The position numbers were made by a program, and so were the translations under genes. Below, piece after piece: positions 11,318-22,385 of a stretch of 32,977 bases of DNA; positions within the stretch are counted from its first letter, which is position 1, and each line of letters opens with the position of its first letter. The stretch spans positions 1 through 32,977 of the forward strand of contig LWCA01000308.1 in the NCBI GenBank assembly GCA_001642005.1, in the 5' to 3' direction. The notes beneath the pieces were generated by a model. The model had not been told where the DNA came from and searched no databases. It was given only the letters and a program-made list of their open reading frames with translations. This DNA comes from Intoshia linei. Taxonomy: Eukaryota; Animalia; Orthonectida.

Positions 11318-14300
11318 ATGGATAAAATCCCTGAAAAATTATTCATGTCTTATACTTACTATTTTACTGGTAATTATCAACAGTGTATCAAAGAATGTCA
11401 AAAATATTTAGTAATTATTAAATATGTAATGTAACCATCAGTTGATGCAAAGTTGCCATCTATGAATTATAAGATTAACTAAAATGAATAAGTCAATTTT
11501 TTTAAGCAAAAATTTCGTCATGTATTTTTTATTTAGAGTTGACATTGATTTCTCGGTCAAGCCGGTTTTAATACGAGTTATGTCTGTATGAGAGCCTAGT
11601 GATTATGCCGGGAAAAAAACCGGGATATTTTATAATTTCCGGGAATTAAATTTACCGGGATTTCCCGAAAAAAATTGAGACATACCTGTATTTGATTTAT
11701 GTTTGTTATTACTATGAAAATATGACTGTATTATAATATTTAAAATTTATCATTTCAAAAATCCCACCACTAATAAAATTTAATCAAAAATACCATTTCA
11801 AGCCCTCATGGAAAAATTGACTTACACCGATATTCTTTTCAAAAATCCGATTTTACGAAATCTTATGAAAAAAAATTAACTTCATCAAACCACAAATAAA
11901 AAATCTAATTTTGCAGCCTTTAATGGAAAAATATCCTTTTTCCAATACTTTTTTAAAAACCTCTTATTCCAACCCACAAATTATAACGCTTACGGGAATT
12001 ATCCTCTTTTTCCAATATTATTTTGAAAAATATTAAGAGTTGTTATGAACTGGAACGCTATCACCAAGATTGTTAAAATTAAAGGAAGCCCTTATGACCG
12101 TTCAACCTAAGTCAACACAAAATGAAAGAAATTTCTCTACTGAATTTAATTTCGTTACAAAACGTAGAACGCGTTTAAAAGACGAATCTATCAATATTAT
12201 GTGTGTTTTGAAACACTTTTTTAACAAACTAAAATAAATAAATTTTTTTCTAATTAAATTTGTAAATTTTAATCTAGTAATCAAATAAAATTTCTTTTTG
12301 TTTCTAAAATTAATTAAGGTCTCTAAAATTTTTAATGCTTCTATATTATATATGAATAAAAATTTTTTATTTTTCCTGGGAAATTTAATTTTTAATTTCC
12401 TGGTTCTCGACTTTTATCATTTCCCGGGAAATCAAAATAATTATGAGAGCTGTATAAGGCATGTATAAACTAATATTCGTCCCGGCTCTAGGGTCGGATA
12501 CGTGTGATCAAAAAAATTTTTAATGTTGACCGATGGGATGGATAGAACAAGTTCTAAATTAACTTAAAATTAATTTTTTTCTATTAGTACTAATTGTTTG
12601 TTAGTGTATAATCAAATACAAAAATTGGTATTGTCGGTTAATTTACAAAATGTTAAAAATTTTGGCTGGCACAGTGGGTACGAATTAGAGAATGTCGGTC
12701 ATTATAGGATTCTATCTTGTTTAATTAATATTTATTAATTTGTAACATTTTTTGTGTATTTCAATTTATTTAGATGGACAAAAGTGTATCTGAAGCTGCT
12801 CGAGAATTTATGTTACGTTCTTATGTAGAAATGGGTGACTATAATATGGTTATTTGTGAAATTACTGATGATGCTACATCCAATTTTTTGGTCATAAAAT
12901 TATTGGCTCAATTGAGAAAAGATTCATCAAATTTGTAAGTTTTAATATTTTTTATTTCTACATGTGTTAGCAATCACGTTGAAGCCAAAATGAATGAATT
13001 GTCTTTAGTTGATGAAAATTTATGTAATGATACCTTTGTTAATGTAGCTTCTTCAATTTATGTTCTTTTATATGTAATTTTATTGTATCTATAATTATTT
13101 ATAATTTATATTATAATATACTATTTTAACCACATTTCTCTGGACTTAACTTATTTGAGTAATGGTTAAAATGAAATATTTCAACCAAATTTACAAATTT
13201 ATAAAAATTTCATATTCAGATTCAATATCAAATCAGACAAGTCTGAATATTGTTATTAACTAGTAATACTATTGTAAAAATTTAATATAAAAATGAAACT
13301 TTGGTTTTTCATTTTAGTCATTTTTAATGAATTATTTGTCAATATGTGAAAGAAACAGTGTTATAAACCTGCCATACCAAATCTTTTAGAATTTATTTAG
13401 AATCCTGAAATGGCTTTGAAAATATTGCATGGGAAAAATGGATTTGAATCGTATGTATTATCATTTTTCTTTTTAAAATTGTGATTTTTCAATTCAATTT
13501 CCTAGATTATCTACAAAATTGTCAATGTACCTTATTATGAACCGATTTGATTTGTGCATGTAATTTATAATTTAATTCTCGAATGACAATATCATCTATT
13601 ATTAATAATATTAATATGATAATAATTTATTATTTTTCCTGATAATGTGAAGATTATAAATTGCTCATTTAAAATGATACATTTTTTGGAAAATTAATTT
13701 CATTTGTATTTTTAATGATTTTATTATTCCTATCATACAATCAGTATCAAATTATTTTTCAAATGAAGATTTACACTTTTTCGTTTTATTTTCATTTTGT
13801 TTATTTTATTAATTTTAGTTTGTTTTCATTTTTAAAATTAGTGGAATTTTCCATTAAGGGTTGATAAAATTGGATTTTTGGTAAAAATAGTTAGAAAGAA
13901 AGTTCCTAAATCTGGTATAGTTCACACCTTTCCGCAGAATTGATTTAATGAAATAATTAATTAATTTTATTGAATTTTAGGAGAACGGTTGATGCTATGA
14001 TTGATTTAAATGAAGACTTTCCATTGACGCAATTGGCTATTGCTGCGTTTGACTTAGCACGCGTATTTTTTTCTTCATTATTTGTTCCAATTTGAAAATC
14101 CAAAATATATATGAATATAATTATAATTATTCGATAATTCTTAATGTATTCAAATAGAATGGTAAATATGTTGAAAATGCTCGATCTATATATTCCGAAT
14201 TATCTGAAAAGTATGGAAGTTCTAGTTTCTTGTTAAATTCAGAAGCTTGTTGTCAATTTGCTATGGGTAATTTTGATGAATGCGAGAATTTGCTCATTCA

Positions 14301-14699
14301 ATCTTTGGATAAAGTAATCATTTTTTATTTTTAAAATTCAACATGAAATCTTTCAAAGTTTTAATTATAAAATGTTTACATCTTGAATTTTATATTTATA
14401 TTTTATTTCTAGAGAGAAAACACTGAAAACACGCTAGAGAACTTGATTGTTGTCTCAAAAATTTTGAAAAAACGCAAGGATGTATTTCTAATACAATTTA
14501 GTTAGTTATTTAAAATTTAGACAATTCAACGATACATACGTCAATTGGAATCTATAAATGTCAAAAATCAGTTTTTACTAGACCTGGAAAACAAGGTAAA
14601 ATTATAAATTGTCATTATTCTTATTAAAATACAAAGTTATGTATTTAATAATCATGTATATCCTAGAAGCAAGAATTTTCTCTTATGATAAAAATGTAA
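11318..14699 (+). CDS. COPE: Coatomer subunit epsilon (291 aa, 10 exons)
   Basis: Exons 11318-11410, 12774-12934, 12971-13073, 13401-13450, 13506-13559, 13981-14062, 14158-14313, 14413-14481, 14521-14595, 14667-14699 give an intact frame with motifs YFTGNYQQCIKE, FMLRSY, NPEMALKILH, MNRFDL, NEDFPLTQLA, IYSELSEKYGSSSFLLN, TLENLIVVS, RYIRQL, colinear with epsilon-COP. Confidence 0.92.
11597..12443. mobile_element. Non-autonomous hAT-like element in COPE intron 1
   Basis: 8-bp target duplication TGAGAGCC (11589-11596) / TGAGAGCT (12444-12451); clustered CCGGGA / TCCCGG subterminal motifs at both ends; degenerate TIR. Confidence 0.65.
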
Positions 14700-14866
14700 C
14701 ACAATCTTGTTGATCTGGAACCAAAATTTCTTTAGTCTGTTTATTCACTATTTGTTAATTTGTATTTTATTTTGATAAAAATAAAATTTATAATCACCTA
14801 TTTGATTTGGATATGTTTACCAATCTAAAAAGTATTTACATTGAATTTTATTTATATACATACTAA

Positions 14867-17156
14867 ATGAAAACGTTTGATTTAAAAAGAGAGGGTAAGG
14901 TTACATGGGGATTTTCCATAGCTGGCGATCGAAACGTTGGATACGTATTAAAATCGGTACTTGGTCTTAGTGTAAACTAATTATTAATTAGATTAACCCT
15001 ACTGGAATAGCTGCTAAAGCTGGCTGTAAAAACTTTCAAAAAATTGTATCAATTAACGACACGCCATTTAAAGGATTGAAAATGTTTGATGTTTTAAAAA
15101 TAATCAAATCGGCTACAGACAGTTTAGTTATTTGTGTCGAAGATGACTTGGAAGTTGTGTAAATTGTGTAATATATTTTGTTCAACTTTTTAGTGAAACT
15201 AGTAGTAAACCTATTCAAAAAATTGATTTGGGCCATGCTCAAGTTGGTATTGTTTCAATAAAATTTTATTAAAAAGTTTTCAGAAAAATCGCAAAAACAA
15301 AAAGATGATACCCCTGGCACTGAAAATGTTTGCTATGTTTGCAAAAAAATTATTAGGTATGTATATAATCGTATCAATTCACTTTCTGAAATGTAGTTTA
15401 CTTTGTTAGTAATGTGTTGATAATCTTTAAAAGTAGATCTATCGAATGTTTCTTGATTATAATCTCAACTTAACATTTAAAAAATTTTAATTATTTTTAA
15501 TTGGAATATAGATAGCTTTTACAAGGTTTCGATTTGAAAAATTATCATTGAGAATCATTGCAATACATTGTATACAATGTATGTGGTGGATTTTTTACAA
15601 TAAGATATTTTCAGATATCGTAGAACATTTATGTAGCATATCTACATTTTTAAACAGATTATATCAAATTACATTGTCGTATTTTTTCGAGTGGTGGAAC
15701 AAGGAAAAATTCGAATCGCATTGTTTATTAAGGGTAATGCGAGAATTATAAAAATGTTTACCAGTTTAGGGGTTAATTAGATCTTGACACAAACCTCTAG
15801 AAGCATTGCCAGCTTTTTATTAATATAAATTACAGAATGAACTCTAATACCACCAACTCTTGTTAGCTACATCGATCGATCATGTGACTCGACGTGTCTA
15901 TACATTTATGTATTTAAATCACTATTTAAAATATATAGTTGAAGTTATTGCAAATATTTAGTGGAAAGTACTTTATGGTATCAGACCGATGTTACTGTTT
16001 AATAGATTTTTGTTGTACTGTTAAAAATTGCACCAAAAATTTATCTAAATGGCCATTCACCACTCTGAATGATAAATTATTATGTGAATCTCATTATTTT
16101 GACGAAACTTCACCATTCTGTAGTAAATGTGATAAACAAATACGAGACAAGGTACATATTTTTAATTTTATTAATTTGAATGGTAGATATCTATAATTTG
16201 AAGTTAACTAAGGATATTGTCATTTTGAGCAATTGTTGTAGGTAAAATGTTGTATATCTTGAGAATTTGGTGTTCTTCGTATTACGTAACATATTTGTAT
16301 TTATTAGTTAACCTAACACGTGAGTTTTCTAAAAAACTACATACACAGATACAAACATTTTAGCAATTTTTACTAACTAATCAATACTTACTAATTTTAT
16401 TGATCTATTATTTTTTTGCGCATCGTTTGAGAAAATCTGCTATAATAAAATGCAACATCATGTTTTGTATAATTGCACATTTTTTAATATAAACAACATG
16501 GACTACACGTTCAATTGTATAGTGAAACTAAATATAACCGGTCCATGTAGTTAAATTTTGTTATTTAGCAATTTGCTTCTATTAAAGAAATAAAATACCA
16601 CTATGCCTGTGTAACTTGTAAAATTTGCAATAAACTGTTAACAGAGAAGAATATATACATAAAGAACAACGAAATATATTGTGAAAAAGGTATAATATTC
16701 TAAATTTATTTTTGTATCATTTTTATACTACAAAATTAAAAGTATTATCCTTACTTATTTATTATTAACGTATCAAATAATAAATATGAAAAAATTTATC
16801 CAAAATTTACATCTGTTTGTTGCGATATTTTAAGAAAATAAGGTGTAGAATTTTAAAAATACTAATTTCTAATACAAATTTCAAATAATTTTCGAGGGTG
16901 AGATTGGAGATTTAACTTTTTAGTAATTTCGACAAAATTATTTGTAAAATTTACGGTAGAATCATATCGGTGATTACTGACATATATTTTATTTTTAGTG
17001 ATTTTTATAATTTTAGACATGAACAATTTATTTAAAGAATTGTGCACCTACTGTAATTTCCCATTAGAAGAAAAAGATAAATATATTGTATTAAACGAAA
17101 AAAAGTATCATGAAAATTGTGCCAATGAAGCAAAAAAAATTAATGTTATTAAATAA
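14867..17156 (+). CDS. PDZ and LIM domain protein, Enigma/Zasp (PDLIM5/7/LDB3)-like, 277 aa
   Basis: Exons 14867-14956, 14992-15158, 15194-15246, 15284-15356, 15962-16151, 16569-16689, 17017-17156. N-terminal PDZ (WGFSIAG..GIAAKAG..IVSIND), then LIM1 (CYVC..CESH), LIM2 (CSKC..YHYACVTCKIC..YCEKD) and a half LIM3 (CTYC..YHENC). Confidence 0.88.
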
Positions 17157-17164
17157 ATTTTATT
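17152..17164. terminator. Back-to-back polyadenylation signals (AATAAA on + at 17152-17157, on - at 17164-17159)
   Basis: AATAAA-T-TTTATT lies at the junction of the two convergent stop codons (17156 and 17174). Confidence 0.5.
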
Positions 17165-17173
17165 ATTATAAAA

Positions 17174-20100
17174 TTAACTGGACAACAAATTTCTATTGTA
17201 TAAAGTTAGTGCATCGCAGGTAAAATTTTTCCGCATATTCAACATTGTATCCATTTTTGACAAGTATTTATGAATATACATTGATGTTAACCGTTCGACC
17301 GGATTTTCTGCCCAACACTCTGATATCATTCGGTAAATGTCCATCATTAACTACATTAATTATAATTACAAGACAAAAAATACACTCTCACAATTTATAT
17401 GCCACTCAAAAAAACTGGGATAAACGTAGTTTATATGCAATGTAAATCATAAATCTCATATAATTAAATGCTTTTGGGTTATAATGTAATACATAAATGT
17501 ATATGCAAAAATATGTATACTAGGTTGACTGTTATATACTACGTACAAACAGCACCTAGCTCTGCCGAGGCACATTTTTATTATACCAAAAAAAATAAAT
17601 TTAAAGTGTTTATTCCTATCTTAAAAATCCTACTATTCACTATTATCAATCCTTTAAAGAGTGGTTCCCAAATTTGTTTCAGGTGAAACCGTCATATCAC
17701 ATTACTTTTTACTTTAAAGTGAATTTATTCCACTTAATTTTGTTATTCAGTTATTGAAATAAACGGTAACATACTCACACAAACAAATACTGCAAATCAT
17801 ATTATATAAGTAAGGATACCTTTAAAACATCCAATATAGTTTAATTCGGTTAAATAAAATTATAATTTATAATATATAGTATTTAATTTAATTACTCGAC
17901 TGGTATTCCAAATTTTATACGATAACGGTCTCTTTTTTAACGTTAATACGACATGTTTCATTTCTTCAATAGACGGATCATTTCCAATATCTTCTGAAAA
18001 TGGTAACTTGTAGTTTGGTGTGCTAGCTAAATATAATAAACACATTACTACATAACATTGATTCCAATTGTAAATCGTAATAAAATTTGTCAACATTTTC
18101 AACAAATTCGATCAGCCCTTTAAAATAAATCATATTCCGTGTCCTTCTAATATTTAATAAGCGTTTAAGTAAAAGAATTTTTAACGTTTGCTTAAAATCA
18201 GATGTGGCTCAGAAAAATTAAAAAAATTATATTTTTCAATAACATAACTCATGGTAGTCCAAAGCGTTGACCCGGGAAATTGATTAGGAATATATTTTGT
18301 AAAACAGGTAAATAATAAAAAATTTTAATAAAACTTTAATAAATATTTGTGATATGTAAATAATCAGTGCATTGGAGAAAAAGGCTTTTTAGATTAGAGT
18401 AAGAGAAAAAACTAATAGGAAAAAAATAATGAAATAATTGCGTAATAAAAAAATAATAATAATAAATAATAAAAATGCAAATCAAAGTTATTTTTAATGA
18501 TGATCAAAAATTTTACATAGCTTATTTTCAGATTATCATTAGAAAAAAATTAATTCAATTATATCTATTAGTCAATCGTTTATTTTATGATTGATGTATC
18601 GCGAAATTTTTTGAGATTGAAATATGTATCGCCAACCAAAAATGGTTGGAAAGCACTGCCCTAATGTATTAATTAAGGTTTGATAAGTTATAATTAAAAT
18701 TAAATTAATAATTTCTATAATACTAGTCTATATTATAGTATTTTAAATAAAGGATTTAATTCATTTCAATCAAATTTTTTTTTAAAATATTTTAAAATTA
18801 AAATATAGTGGCGTTATTGAGGGTGGATGTAATGAGAGTTAGCGGTATTGAGAGGTCTGACTGTCCAACAAATATCAAGTTACACTCTCAAAAGTGACGA
18901 ATTAAGAAAAAATTCGTCAGCTTTAAAACAGTTACAATATATTCATATCATTAAATTAAAATTAAATTACAATAATTGGATGTTCTCACGCACATTTCCC
19001 AAAAAACTAGAGAAAGAGAATAAATATCAGACATTTTAAATTCATTAAAATTGGTTTTGTCAATTGATTCATCAAGAATTTCTAAATATAATACAAAAAA
19101 AATATATTAATTTACACATTAATTAATAAAATTTAGTTTCAGTGACATAAAAAAAAAGCCTCGTACGGGGCTCGAACCCGTGACAACCAGGTTAAAAGCC
19201 TGATGCTCTACCGACTGAGCTAACGGGGCTTATTTTAAGTTAAAAATAATTCATCTTATACTAATCACATTCAATCATAAACTTACAAAATTAATAACAT
19301 TTGTTAACGTTTATATAAATGTGATAAAGTAAAAAATTTAACTTTAAAGTTATATTACGTTTTATTAGTTACACGTGGTAACTTACAATATCAAATTTGA
19401 CATAATGAATTAAAACAAACTTCATTAAGCGCAAAAATTTGTAAAATGAATAACAATTAAATTCACCATTTCAGTTACGATGGTTCTGAACACTGGTTAA
19501 TTTTTTTAATAAAGTGGCCAAAAAAAATACGATAATAAAACCAAATATTATTTTATCCAATATAGCCTCATCTACATTGCTCAACAATAAGTAACAGCTA
19601 TTTTTAATTTGTTGAGATATATTTGGAATTTTTTAGATCCCCAACAAATTAAATAAAATTAGTTTTATATTAGCAGTCATATTTTCTTTGTTTATATTGT
19701 TCATATTAGATACGGAATTTAGATTCTACTACTAGATAATTTATAATAATGCACATTTTAAATGGATTTACGACTATTTTGTAATATGTAAAATATAATT
19801 TACATATTACAAAGGCTACCTAATAATTATACTTTATTTTAGTAATACGAACTTTATTATAAAAGTGAAAAATTCTTTAAATTTAAATTTAATCTCATAA
19901 AAAAAATATTCTCTGGTGTGAACACCATAAAATATTTCTAATTTTTTTGTAATATGGTTTGTAGGTATAGTATGGTATCTTAATATTTCAGTTTTAACTT
20001 GGGTCTGTGGTGGATGATATATTTCAAAAACTAGATTTTTAATTTTGAAACAAGGATACAACAAACAAGGTTTTTTTGATGACTTTATACCGAACAAAGA

Positions 20101-22385
20101 AGTTAAATAAATATTTAGTTTCTAATTTTTAAAATTCTAATTTCACTTTTATTTCATTTCATTTTTCACTTTTATAATAAAGTACGTATTACTAAAATAA
20201 AGTATTTACTACCATAATAAAGTATGAGCTACTAAAATAAAGTACATCTTGTATGGAATTTACTAAAATAAAGTATTTGCTACCAAAATAACGTAAATTA
20301 ACTTTTAACTCTATTACAAATGTTAGTAATTTTACAGAAATTCAATATGAAGTTTTTATATTGTTTCGAAATATAAAGTTCATTTTTCAATTTAGTTGTA
20401 TTTAGTATCAAGTGTTTTCACGATCCAATTTCCACTGTACGTACAAACAGGACCTACCTCTGCCGAGGGTTGAAATTTAAAAATTACGTAGCAATGAAAA
20501 AAATTCCGAAGGAATAAATTATATAGATTTTCACCCATATTGGCTTTACTAAAGCCAAAAATACTCATCTATGATGAATAAAAATTTTCGGCTTAAAATT
20601 TATACTAAAAAAACTAAAAGTGATTGTACGTATTTTTCTGGTCACTTTATTTTAAATTAAACTGAAACTAAAATCTTGTCAAATAAATAGTACCTGGAGC
20701 CATATATCGTTTTGTACCTTTTTGGATAATAATACTGTCAGGATAAAAGCTAATTTTAATTTAATAAATTATTTTAGAAATAATAAAATTAAAACATTAA
20801 TATAACGCCTATAAAACGATCCAAGTTTTTTTTAAATTCAATATTACATTTTATGAAACTTGAAATTCTTGGTCTTCAACCAGGTTACCAAAATTAATCA
20901 AAAAACATTGTTAATAATTGATTAAAATATTTAAATCTCTTGTTCAAATAAAATTACTCGTTAGAACTGATTGCATGTCCAAAATCGGCAATACAACAAG
21001 ATAAATTATCTTTTACCAAAATATTTTTTGATTTTAAATCTCTATGTACAATGGACGGCTTGAGTTTATAACACCCCAAAATCTTTTCATGAAGATGAAC
21101 AATACCAGATGAAATTGATAAAATGGCTTTAACCAATTCTGTCTCATTGAAGGAATTTGTTTGTAAAAAATCATACAACGAACCATTTTTATGATAGTCT
21201 GTCAACAACCACATGTGCGTGGTTGTACCGTTTCCTTTAATGTCGGATCCGTAAAAATCTAAATAAAATAAATAACTGAAATCATCTTCAATATTCGACA
21301 TTTAAAATGGATAATGATACAGTACAGTGCATCTAACCATTAATGTATTTTTGCACCGCGGTGAATAGGTTAGAAGACACTGGCATGGTATGATTACTGA
21401 GTATATTGTTGTGATTAATGAACGCAGTATTAAATATATCAACTTCACGAGACCAGCTAGTTTCATTAATAGAAGAAAATGTTTTGACGGCAATTTGCGC
21501 TCCACGCCAATCGGCTAACCAAACATCACCAAAACGGCCTTTACCGATAATTTTTTCCAGTGTAACTTGCTTGCAAACTGTTTTTTGGTCCTGTATTAAT
21601 TAATATAAATAAAACAGTATCATTTACCAAACGAATTCCGCTTACTGAATCACGTGACAGACCGTAATTTTCAGAAATCTCGACATCACTTTGCATAGAT
21701 TTACATGTAGATTTATTAGACTTTGAAGTGTTATACTTTTGTCTAACAGAAATGTTTAAGTTAAAAAAAGCCCAAATATATACAAAAATATATTTATAAA
21801 ATTTACCTCCAGAAATAATAAGAAATTAAAATTATAAATAAAATAAATAGTAGAGCAGACGGTATAATGAATAAAAATTTTTGATTTTGGTGGTGAATGG
21901 AATCTAAAAAAGGTATCAAAATTTTGATAGAATTTAAAACCTTGAATATTTTTTAAAATATGATCATGTTTAGGAATTAAATTAAAGTTGCATAAATCTC
22001 TGGAATCGCAACATTCTACAGCAATTTTAGTATGTGAATGGATGGTGCACTAGAAAAAGTGTGATTTAGGCAAAACAAAATCAAACTGTCATTAATGCTT
22101 TATCTTTTGTCACACAGCCATATTTCCACGTTAAATTCTGATGACTTGTATGTACAACAGATACGTAACAAACATCGCCTTTTTTGATATTACATGAATT
22201 TTCATTTAAACAATTTGAACAATAGCATTTTAATACTTTTGGAGAGTTAACTAGTTTTAGTGTTAATTAAATTTTTATTTCATTATATTTGTTTATTTTA
22301 ATTTTTACTGTACAAAGTCACCTGTTTTTAAATTCATAGAGAAATTTAAATGCAATATTATTATATACAAAAATACCCTTTTCAT
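17174..22385 (-). CDS. TGF-beta/BMP superfamily type I-like receptor Ser/Thr kinase (505 aa, 11 exons)
   Basis: Exons 22385-22322, 22250-22087, 22049-21941, 21903-21807, 21742-21628, 21590-21398, 21258-20958, 20749-20694, 19081-18971, 18026-17896, 17350-17174. Signal peptide, LKCYC ectodomain with CCDSRDLCN Cys box, TM helix, kinase IGKGRFGDVW, AVK, SWSRE, HRDLKSKNILVK, DFG, GTKRYMAPEIL, DIYSLSLVFWE, DPSIEEM, ECW..NP.ERLT. Confidence 0.93.
19157..19229 (-). tRNA. tRNA-Lys(UUU), intronic in the receptor gene
   Basis: GCCCCGTTAGCTCAGTCGGTAGAGCATCAGGCTTTTAACCTGGTTGTCACGGGTTCGAGCCCCGTACGAGGCT: cloverleaf, anticodon TTT, A and B boxes, immediately followed by an oligo-T Pol III terminator. Confidence 0.95.
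19830..20295. repeat. Foldback-like element: 44-bp inverted repeat plus tandem TACTAAAATAAAGTA units
   Basis: 19830-19873 is the reverse complement of 20161-20204 with one mismatch; further TAC(T/C)AAAATAA(A/C)GTA-like units run to ~20295. Confidence 0.7.

Noticed and set aside
20170-20295. Repeat-spacer pattern resembling a mini CRISPR array
   Set aside because: Units are ~15 bp with irregular short spacers, the context is a eukaryotic intron, there are no cas genes, and the units continue an inverted-repeat arm.
21302-21603. ORFs 21302-21505 (-) and 21418-21603 (+)
   Set aside because: Off-frame or antisense shadows of the receptor kinase exon 21590-21398.
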